Assembly: GCA_001724265.1 (NCBI GenBank)
Contig: MEDY01000012.1
Coordinates: forward strand, 1-64,000
Reading direction: 5' to 3'
DNA: 64,000 nt
From: Rhizaria sp. SCN 62-66
Taxonomy: Eukaryota
Positions 24,786 through 34,379 of the stretch are shown piece after piece. The notes under the pieces are model-generated. The model saw only the letters and a program-made list of their open reading frames with translations. It was not told the origin of the DNA and did not search any database. Each line of letters opens with the position of its first letter. The first letter of the stretch is position 1. Position numbers and translations under genes: made by a program.

Positions 24786-26423
24786 TCACTCGATATCGAG
24801 CGCGTCGACGTCATTGATGATCTGGAGGTCGTCCTCCTCCTTCTCCATGAACATCTTCTCGCGCTCGACGTAGGGCGCGGCGGTGAGCTTCTCGTCCTGC
24901 CGCGCGTCGCGCTCCTTGAGCTTGCCCACGCGGTTCTCGATCTCGGCCGGCGAGATGACGTTGTATTGCGCCAGGAGCAGTCGGATGTCGATCGTGAAGG
25001 ACGCCAGGAAGTCGCGCGACGACGACACCATGTTACTGTAGTCCTCCAGCGTGATGCGCTTGTCGCCGTCGCTGTCAGCCTGAGCGAACGCCACGTCGAT
25101 CATGTCCTCGGCGTCCTCGACCGACAAGTCGTGCATCGCGCTGCGCAGCATGCCGACCAGCTCGGCGCGCTCGATGAACCCGTCGCCGTTGCCGTCGTAG
25201 AGCGAGAAGGCGAAGCGCACCTTCTCGTCGACCGACGCGGCGGGCGTGAGGTGCGACAACATCGTCACCCACGAGCGGAAGTTGATCTGGTTCGACCGCG
25301 TGATGTCCATGAGGCGGAACAGCGCGCGCCCCAACAGCGAGTCAGGGTTGGTGCCCGTCGACCGACACAGCTCCTGCGTCGAGATCAGGTCGTCGGCGGC
25401 GTCCATCGAGCTGATGGCTGCGAACACGTCCTGCAGCGACCGCAGCGTCGGCACGTCGAAGTGCGTCGTCTTGGCCAGCGTCACGAGGGGCTGCTCCTCG
25501 CCCTGGATGCGCTTCAGCGAGTCCGAGAAGGTCTTAGCGGCCGCCTTCATCGAGTTGTTCGACGCGCCCGTGACCTGCGCGTGCAGCGCAGGGTCGTACT
25601 GCGAGTCCAGCGGCGTGATGACGCGCCCGTGGTTGTTGACCATCTGCGAGTCGTACATCGCTGTGTTCTTGGTGTCCACCTTGTAGTTCTTGGTGAACTT
25701 CTCCAGACGTGCCTTCTTCTCCTTCTTGTCCTGCTTCGCGCCCTTGGCGGCCTTGGCGGCGGCCGCCGCGGCCAGCGCGCGCCGCAGCTCCTCGGCGGGC
25801 GTTGTGCGGCCGTTGTGCGTCGCGGCCGGACGCGACGGCGGCGCCAGCGCGGCGGGCTCCGCCTCCACCTCGTCGCCGGCCTCCTCGGCCGCGGCGGCGT
25901 CGCTGCTGTCGCCGCCGCCGTCGCTGTTGGCGTCGGCCTCGTTGATGGCGGCCGTGTCGGACTCGCCCCCCGAGACGGGGTTGGAGTTGCTGCTCTTGGC
26001 CACGGGGTTGCTGTTGCTGTGGGACTTCTTGGTCTTTGTGTTGACGGCTTTGACGCTGACGTTGATGTTGTTGCGGACGTAGTTGGCGTCGGGCGCAAGC
26101 TGGTTCGGATCTAGGTACGTGCGCTCGACGACGGCGGCGGGGACGTTGGAGGAGACGACGATCTCTTCGTTCTCGCCGTCGTCGATGTACCCCGCGTAGC
26201 CGCCAGTGGGCGAACGCGCCCCTCCGCCAGCGGCGGCGTCGCCGTCATCGTTGTCACTTTGTTTGCCGTAGATGGCGTCTGAAGATGCTGCGGCCGCGGC
26301 GGTGCCCTTCTTAGAGGAGCCAGGGCCGCCGCCGCAGATGTTTTTGATCTTGCGGAGCTTGTTTTGATGCGAAGGATCGTCGGCGTCGGCGTCGGTGTCG
26401 GCGGTGGTGTGTTTATTGCCCAT
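24786..26423 (-). CDS. Calcineurin-B-like / neuronal calcium sensor-type EF-hand protein with long N-terminal extension
   Basis: Starts MGNKHT (myristoylation-type MG). EF-hand region LFRLMDITRSNQINF, KVRFAFSLYDGNGDGFIERAEL, AFAQADSDGDKRITLEDY. Stop TGA. Confidence 0.85.
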   Translation of the reverse strand: MGNKHTTADTDADADDPSHQNKLRKIKNICGGGPGSSKKGTAAAAASSDAIYGKQSDNDDGDAAAGGGARSPTGGYAGYIDDGENEEIVVSSNVPAAVVERTYLDPNQLAPDANYVRNNINVSVKAVNTKTKKSHSNSNPVAKSSNSNPVSGGESDTAAINEADANSDGGGDSSDAAAAEEAGDEVEAEPAALAPPSRPAATHNGRTTPAEELRRALAAAAAAKAAKGAKQDKKEKKARLEKFTKNYKVDTKNTAMYDSQMVNNHGRVITPLDSQYDPALHAQVTGASNNSMKAAAKTFSDSLKRIQGEEQPLVTLAKTTHFDVPTLRSLQDVFAAISSMDAADDLISTQELCRSTGTNPDSLLGRALFRLMDITRSNQINFRSWVTMLSHLTPAASVDEKVRFAFSLYDGNGDGFIERAELVGMLRSAMHDLSVEDAEDMIDVAFAQADSDGDKRITLEDYSNMVSSSRDFLASFTIDIRLLLAQYNVISPAEIENRVGKLKERDARQDEKLTAAPYVEREKMFMEKEEDDLQIINDVDALDIE

Positions 26424-27078
26424 CGTAAACGAAAAAGGCTGGCTAATAAAGGGAATAAAAGGGGTGAAATAGACACAGGTTGAAGGAGAGCGATCCAAGC
26501 GCGCGCGATCGAGAATAGACCAGAGATTAGTCCCGATGGAAGTCGAGTTGTGAGAGATAAGGGGGCGACGGAAAAAGCGAAGTAAACGAGAGAGATCAGG
26601 AGTAGGAGGGTTTAAGTGAGAATTTTGATATAGAAAAGATAACATAATATACAAATTTCACATCAGATAGTCTGTTAAGACTATTAGTTGTGCGGAGTGG
26701 CGCTGCAAAGTTGTTTCCCATGCAATATCACTCACATTCCTCCTTCACCTTGAGAGCGCATAGCGCATGACAAAAGGCGACCCAAGGAATATCATTTAAA
26801 AGGAATAAAAAACCTCAACGAAACTACACTAGAGCAAGCGATGACCAAGCATGTCGACTACAAGGGCTCCTAGGTGGTGTTTTATTTTGCGAGTTGCTGT
26901 TCGAGAAGAGCCGCCTCGCAGCCACCACAAACGCTTTTATGCGTCGCCAGCACACAGCTACGCAACCTCTCCTGACTTAAAGCTTCGCTATTATTGCATA
27001 CTTTTTTCTTTACACACAAATATAAAGTTGTTTATATTCATTTATTATCTTGATTTTCCACACTCTGCCTGTATAGTC

Positions 27079-30000
27079 ATGCAGACCGAGGGGGACGCGC
27101 GAGGAGCTTCACTCTCATCGCCACCCCTTCTTCTTCGCCGCGACCTCACCGAGTGGCTCATTCGCTTCCACTGGCCTGACATAGAGGACAACCTGGCACT
27201 ATGGGCACAGTATATCCATGAACACTTGCTGTCCCTTGCCACATTTTCGTTCTCATCGAGCACAGCTCTGCCTCAGACCAATTGTCCCACTGGCTTTGAG
27301 TTCACAGTCGATACTGAGATCGAAAACATCCCGCCGCAAAACGTTGCAAGGCCCATTTATGGCATTGCAGCGCAACAATATGGCCACAAAAAGCCTGCGC
27401 CAATACCTTTATTTTGCGACTTTGATGAGGACACGGACTCTTCAGTGCTGCCTTCAGTTTACGCAAGCACATTTGCCCACGCATCTGCCTCTGCCGCTGC
27501 TCCTGCTGCCAGCGCAATTCCTGGATCACCGTCACTACTGGCGCGGCAAGGGCGCATTCTTGCGCCTGTCGTTTCCTTGCCGGTGTGGCGACTCTGTTTG
27601 CAGGATGATTTGGCACGAACACGCGCACTGATGCCTAGGCTCGCAGGTTGGTTTTTGGCAACACCTCCCACGCAGAGTACGTTTTTAACATAACAGCATC
27701 AGACAAATATTTTGGCCTTGAGTTTTTTTTTCCTCAGTAAATGCGACTTTTTATATGTAAATTTTGTTTATTTTTAGTTTATGCGACGATTTTGTCAACA
27801 ATCTTGCCTCTGGTGCACTGCGCCGCGCTCTGGCCACGAGTCTCTCGTGCGCTGCGCGTGTCTCTACAACTCGAGCACTTTCAGGCGGTAGAAAGCGCAA
27901 GTCAGCGCAAGTTAACTGCACAAGCTGCATACGCACATGCAGTAGGTGCACTGGTGTTGGCGCGCGTCTCTGTTGCGTTTTCTGTCAAGACGACGCCGTA
28001 GCAGCAGCTGCATCTCTTATGGCACACGAGGTCACTCAATAACAAAGGATACTTTAGGTACGATATTTGAAAGCAAGGCGCTTTAATTTTTTTGTACATG
28101 CATTTATTATATGTGTGCTTTTGTATTACTTTCTAAAAACGGCTAACTGTGAGGATATAACCTAACTTGTGTGTTGTGTTTGTGTTTCGTTTCAGTGTTC
28201 ATGACTTGCGTCAATACTCGAGCTTTGCAGCAACAGTGTCGTCTGTCGGGGCTGTCACACAAACTGAAATTCCGTCACTTTAGGAGACTGGAGTTAGCGT
28301 TGCGGCGGCTGCTACATATCCGCAGTATCACGATAGTCGGAGCTTATACTCACAGTCACTACTCTAGTCGCAGTCAAAGTCTCACCAGTCCGCAGCACGG
28401 ACAAACATCAACACTAACATCAACAGCAACAGTCCCACAGATAATAATCCAATTACTCTCACTGCTGGCGCTGTTATGCAACGTTGGCGTATCCGTACTC
28501 GCAATCGCCCACACACGGAGTTTTGCAATTCAACTCAAAGTCAGTACGATGAGTCTGAGAGCGAGTTGTTTGTCGGAGACTGGCTTACTGCACACATTGA
28601 TCAAGCACGCGGGTGTTATGTATTTGAGTCTGTTTCTAGCTTAAGTAACAACAATAGCAGCAGCCACAAAAAAACATCGCACAAATATAAGAGCGACGAT
28701 AAATTCAGCCGCTTTTCAAGCATTGGCGCTGATGTTGGTGGAAGTGCTGAGGTTGGTCAACACAGTTTGCCTCCACATCCGCTGTCACTGTACACAATTA
28801 TAACATCGCCAGTCACTGAGAGCTTACAAGCCGCCACATTAACGCTCACTCCTAGAGCGCTTAGTCGCCGACAAGGGGTCCTTACACCTCGCGTCCTCGC
28901 GCCTACAGTCACCGCAGTGCTGCCGCCGCATCTCAGCGGTCGCGTGCCGGTTGGCTCGGTGCTCACAGTCACTGGTTGGGGACAGTGCGAGTGCTTACAC
29001 ACTGCTGTCATGATCAACAGTGATAGAAATAAGTTTGGCGCAATCATGAGCGATAGTCGTGGTGCAACATCTGGTGTTGCTGCCGATATGAGCGCGTTGT
29101 TGAGTGCGGAACGTGTTGGCCCTGCTATGGCGACTGTCTGGGTTCAAGTGCTTCACTGCGCCCCACTGCCTTTGCAGTTACCGCCGCAGTTGTTGTCAAG
29201 CCCACCCAGGTCACAGCGCTTCCAGTCTCATCGTAACGATAACAATGAGGACCCACACAAGTTCTATCTAGTTCCTCGTAACGAACAACAAAAGCAAGGA
29301 CAAAATCAACTCGGATTTCCCACGATTCGTCCAATTGTTGATTTACCAGACTCGGTTCAACGCAACATTGGACACTTTGACCAGCTATCTGACTCTGCGG
29401 GGCTGCCTATTATTCCAGGACTGCCCACGGTCACTGGCTTCGACCCATCACCGTGGCCGGAGATCTTAAGTCAGGCCGCCTCATATGCACCCGCGGTTTG
29501 CGGCTACGGCGGGCTTGTGCTGCTTAAGACTCGACTATTGCATTTGCTGTCATTAGTATCAGCACCAACGCCGGCCCCAGTGGCTCGGGCCACTGCAGCC
29601 ACGGCTCAACAGCAACGTGCGCGTGCGCTTGAAGATGAGACACGGCGAGCAGTTGAAAGCATTAGTGAACAGAGTTTAGGTTTTAATACCTCAAGAGCTC
29701 ATGGCAGCAACAACGCCTTGAGCATTGATGTCGTGTCATTGGCACAACAAGTAGTTACTGATGTTGATCTTGCTGTTGTGGCTAGTGCGGGTAACTCGGT
29801 TCAGTTGTCGCCCCTGTCTGTGTTGTGCGTTGCAAGCGGCGGCCTGGCACCAGTCGCGGAGGCGCTGACCAAGTACACCGCTCGAGTCGCTCAGTTGCTG
29901 CTTACGGTAACTTCTGCACACGACCTCTCTGCGGCAACGCGCACAATTGCAAACTCTGCTCTCGGTACCAATTACAGCGTTAGTGCCGGCGTTGGAGAGG

Positions 30001-33000
30001 GTGGGGGAATTCTGTTGTCGAAAAGCGCATTGTTTTCCTCCGCGCGCGCAAATGTGAGTACTTCGGCCAATTTAAGCACACTTTCAGAGATCACGCGCGA
30101 CTGGGGCATGTTTGACGAAAGCGATGAAGCAAAGTACGCTTATACGCACTCGCTTGCTCACCATCTTGGACAACCCATGACTCCGCCGCTGCACTTGGAT
30201 CTTGCATCTGACGCTATTTCGGCGGGTTTGGAGCACGCCATGGCGATTAGTGCACTCAGGGCAGCGCGTGCTCATGTTCTGGGCGCGGGGGCGCCATTAA
30301 TGCCGTTAGGGACAGTTACAGCACAAGGTGCGGCAGCAGCTGCGGCAACGGTTACTGCAGACGCGCAGGAGCAAGATCGCATTCTACAAGCTCAAAAGCA
30401 AGTAGAAAATGAAAATTCCGCCCCTCAGATCCGCGCGTCTCGCGGCGATGTTTCCGTTTCTGCTGCTGCGTAGTTAATGATATCAGCGGGCACGCGGCTC
30501 TGTGTTCCCGGCGCCGCCGCAGTGGCCGCTGGTGCACTGGCTGCGCTCCGCGCGGGCCGGCAGTCAAAGGCCTCTGTGGCAACCGCTACGACTGCGGTCG
30601 CCGCTGCAGTCGCGGCCGCAACAGGCGCGGGTGCGGGGGATGGAGCTGACTCGGTCGCTGCAAGGGCCCTCTTTGGCGCTGCTGCGGTTGCTGGCGCTGG
30701 AATATTGGGCGAAGTCTCAGTTACGAATAGCCACTCTCGCTGCAGCTTGGGTGCTGGCGTTAATGGATCTAGCACTGTGCGAATGACTGGTGATGATAAA
30801 TGTAAGCGCGCCTGCGTCATGGCACGCGTGCAAGTGCGGATTGCAAAGGCGACTGCAAAGCAAGCGGCAAAGGTTTCCCGTGAGGCGCGTTGGGCTGCTC
30901 GGCAGCGTCAAAAAGAGCTCGAGATGCACGAGCTGGCGCAAGCAACAAAACTACGCGGCGTCCGTCACAGTCGCGTTTTTAACGCGAGCGTTGGCGTTGA
31001 TGTGAGCGTTACGGGGACAGAGTCGAGTTTTCATAAGAGAATGAGTGACGTTATGAAGCGTGAGGATAGTGTCTTTGGTAGTGACAGCAGTGACACTGAT
31101 AGTGGCGACGAAGATAACTACGGGTCTTTTGCAGGAACAGACACACTTTCTTTTGATAGCATCCACACAGATGCGGCACAATGGTCGAGAAGGGATACTT
31201 ACCTTCAAGACTCTTACTACCCCGTTGCTCGTTGCGCACATCACGCTTCAAGTGCATCTCCAGGAACTATGGGCACAGCGCTGGGCAAGAGCGTTCTTGC
31301 GCTATGCTTTACTGAGGGCCTAGGACCAGGCGCAGCGTTGCTGTTGCGGCGTTTGATTTTGCCGATAGAAAATGAAGAGACTTCAAAACGACTCCAGCAG
31401 TCTGATAAGCAAAACCAATAGGTTAATCTCCCCAGATCAAATGCGAGCAACTTGTTTGATTACACCCTTTCTTCTCGCAGCGACCGAGCGCCATCCGTTG
31501 TTGTATCGGTCTCCGCGCCAGCCGGCTGGGACCCCGCCAAGCTGGCAGTAACCGTGGGCAAGCTTTGGTCATCTCGCACCCGCGTTGTGCCCGCCACAGA
31601 AGCAGCACTGCTTACAGCCGCTTTTGCTCCGCTTGCGCCACCGCAAGTTACTCCAGCTCCAGCAACGGGGAGCGGCGGTGATACAATTGCGGTTAGTGTG
31701 GCGCCGATGCGCGGCGGACCCGGCTTTGGCAGCGGTCAGAGCGGCAGCGTTGTAGCAGCATTGCCAGCATTGGCGGCAAAGCAATCGGCTGCTGCGGCGG
31801 CTGCAGCGACTGCAGCTGCAGCTGCGGCGGCGGCTGGGGACGATAGGCTTGGAACCACAATGTTTCTGACTGCAACTGGCGCTGACGCGGCGTTCACCGT
31901 GCCTGGTGTGTTTGTAACGGTGCAAAATCCGACTGTTATAAATAGCGACAAGAACACCGACGGAGTCGCGACGTACGACGTAAACAAGAATGTCAAAATT
32001 AGCAACAATATTAGCTCTGGCATTAATCAGAGGCCAACTTTACCAGTGACTCAAAGTAGCGGCGCTGCGGGCAAAGCTGTTGATGCAGCCGCTTTCGTGT
32101 TGGCTCCGCTAGCAGTGACGTATCCTGTGCCAGCGCCCACCGGTCCCGCAGCCGTGTCCGCCGCTGCTGCGGCCGCTCGTCGTCACCGCCGCGCAGCTGC
32201 GGCCTCAGGATTAGGGGCGGGCGTAAATGCAACTGGGAGTACTGTCGGCTCAACATAGCCTGCCTCCGTAACTGCCGGCGGTGTGATGGTCAGCGCAATA
32301 ACTGTTGGGGCAGTTGCCGTTAGCACTCCAGCTCTGGCGGCACTGACGGCGGGCGGCGGCACAGTGTCAGTCACGGGTGCGGCTGTGATCTCACTAACTA
32401 AGCCGCCTGCTTCAACGACAGGAGGTTCGTCAAATAATAGCGGTCGACAAGACGCTTACACGGACGACATGTTCACCCCCGCGGACAGGGCGGCCGCAGC
32501 AGAGGCCGCTGCCGCAGCGCTCGCCGCTAGCGGCGCCGCTGGCTGTCCCGCGCGCGCCACGCTCACGGTTACACCAGGCCCGCTGAGCTCTGAGCTGGCG
32601 TTGTTGCTCGCCGCGCCCACGGTTGCCGTAACCGTGGTCGCAGGGCCGAGGGCTGTGGCGGGGGCGACAGCGGAGGACGAGGCTGAAGCAGAAGCGGAAG
32701 AAGAGGAGGCCGCTGCAGCAGTGTTGCGCCGTGCTGCTGGTGCGTTAACATTCCCGAACTTAAACTTGAGTGACACAGGTCGCTTTGACAGCGGTTTTAA
32801 TGAGTTCAGCTGCTTTAGCGCGTTTGAACATGATGCTTCTGCCAACGATGACACTCTTGACCGCGCCGCTGCAGCTGACGCCGCCGCATCTGCGGAAGCA
32901 GAAAGGGCGCTGTTTGATCGGATTCGCGCCGCCCATGGCCTTGTACCCACAGGCAGCCCCACTGCGGAAAACGAATCTGCGAGACTAGGACCGCCGCCGT

Positions 33001-33890
33001 TGTCTGCCGAAGCAGCGCGCCTGCTGTATCTCTTCCACCTTGCGGCGCGTCGCACTCGCGGCAGCGGCTACGCACTGCAGCAGCTGTCCGCGCTGCTCAC
33101 CACTGCGCGCGCGTGCGCGAGTCTGCGCGGCGCGGCGGTCGCGGCTGTTGGGGACGCTGCGACTGCGATCGCGCTGGCTGAGGAGCGCGTGGCGGCGGTG
33201 CTGGCGCTTACTGGCGGCGCCGCGGTAAAGGGTTACTTACGCGCGAGGCAGCGGGCAAGGGACGCGGAGGCTGCAGAGGCTGCGGAAATGGGGCTGCCAG
33301 GATCCAGGCGCGGGCGCGGGGTGACAGATGGTCCTGGGCTCCCAACAATAATCTTCGGCTTTGTTGCAGGGATTCATGGTACGATTTTACAAACACATTT
33401 TTGAACATGTCATTACATTTGAGACTGAGCCAGTGAAGCTGAGTGATAATTGAGATGTTATCATTAAACGCTGTTAACTTTCGCGATGCATGTATTTGTT
33501 GATTCTTTTTTGTTGGCCATAGGCGACTGCATGTGGCTTGAGTGCGGGATTGGCGTTAGTGCTGCAGAGCGTGCACGCAGTTTTTATGCAAAGATCCTGA
33601 TCTTTATTCTTGATACACTCGGAAATAGCTTCGTTAACGCCGGCTATCAGGATCAGCAGCGACAGCATCGGTATGGCGACAACACATACAACAACGATAG
33701 CAGCTTAAGTGGTGCCGGACAGCGGGGCAGTTACGCTCCATTACCTGGCGCAGGATCCGCATTTGGGCTTAGTTCGGGCGCGGCAGCAGGGCCAGGGGCT
33801 GCGTTTGGGGCAGGGTGGAGCGGGCTTGACGATGTCGTGTTTAGCGATGATGACGACTTTGACGGGAGTGGTGGTGAATTCTACGCGTAA
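27079..33890 (+). CDS. Divergent MCM-family protein (MCMDC2-like), 2142 aa if TAG is read as sense; exons 27079-27676, 27778-28057, 28196-33378, 33523-33890; six in-frame TAG codons
   Basis: Three GTACG...YAG introns give 6429 nt (2143 codons) ending in TAA. The C-terminus matches the MCM lid region (PPLSAEAARLLYLFHLAARR...LQQLSALLTTARACASLRG...GDAATAIALAEE). Also an OB-fold-like GSVLTVTG and KTRLLHLLSLVS. No recognisable Walker A/B. The ORF-track fragments at 28476, 30477, 31452 and 32283 share one frame and are separated only by TAG. Confidence 0.7.
27677..27777 (+). other. Intron 1 of the MCM-like gene
   Basis: GTACGT...TTTTTAG, AT-rich, phase 1. Confidence 0.75.
28058..28195 (+). other. 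Intron 2 of the MCM-like gene
   Basis: GTACGA...CCTAAC (branch-like)...TTTCAG, phase 2. Confidence 0.8.
33379..33522 (+). other. Intron 3 of the MCM-like gene
   Basis: GTACGA...CCATAG, phase 1; joins the frame to the 33486-33890 ORF. Confidence 0.75.
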
Positions 33891-34379
33891 GTTTTTGTGT
33901 AACAGATTGTAGGAGAATATTTGAGACTAAAACGCACTATTTCAAGAATAAATAATCACCTTAGACTTCAGTCCACTGGTGCTGCGCATAACTTGAAGTT
34001 GGTTGCACTTTGCTTTTCAGGTTCATAATCACTGAGGATATGCGACCTTGCATTAATATCATCAAAATTAACGCTGTACAATCAATATAGTGAGAAAAAC
34101 ACGCACATTTCTCATCAACAAATTTCTATATTGCGCGCTTACATGACTGACAATGTGTCGCAACCACGAACCCAAATCTCTCAGCCAGGCTAAAAACGGC
34201 TCAATCTCGGTCGGCTGAGTAGGTCGAGGCCCGTTTGAAATTATCATCGCCAGCCTGAAATGTCTCGATCATCAATATCTCTGTAGTGATCTTATTTTTT
34301 ATTTCTCAAAAGATTATTCATAAAACTTTATTTAAACTCCTATTTTGATGTCTATCCTCGCCACAGCAGCTCCCCTCAG

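Noticed and set aside
30440-32258. In-frame TAGs as 3' ends of small frame-preserving introns
   Set aside because: Upstream sequence reads as normal coding, and lacks the AT-rich composition and nearby GTACG donors seen in the real introns of this window.
27079-33890. MCM-like locus as an ordinary decaying pseudogene or as several separate small genes
   Set aside because: All six interruptions are the same codon, there is no frameshift over 6.4 kb of coding sequence, splice sites are intact, and the fragments abut in one frame with no intergenic-type sequence. Disfavoured, though not formally excluded.
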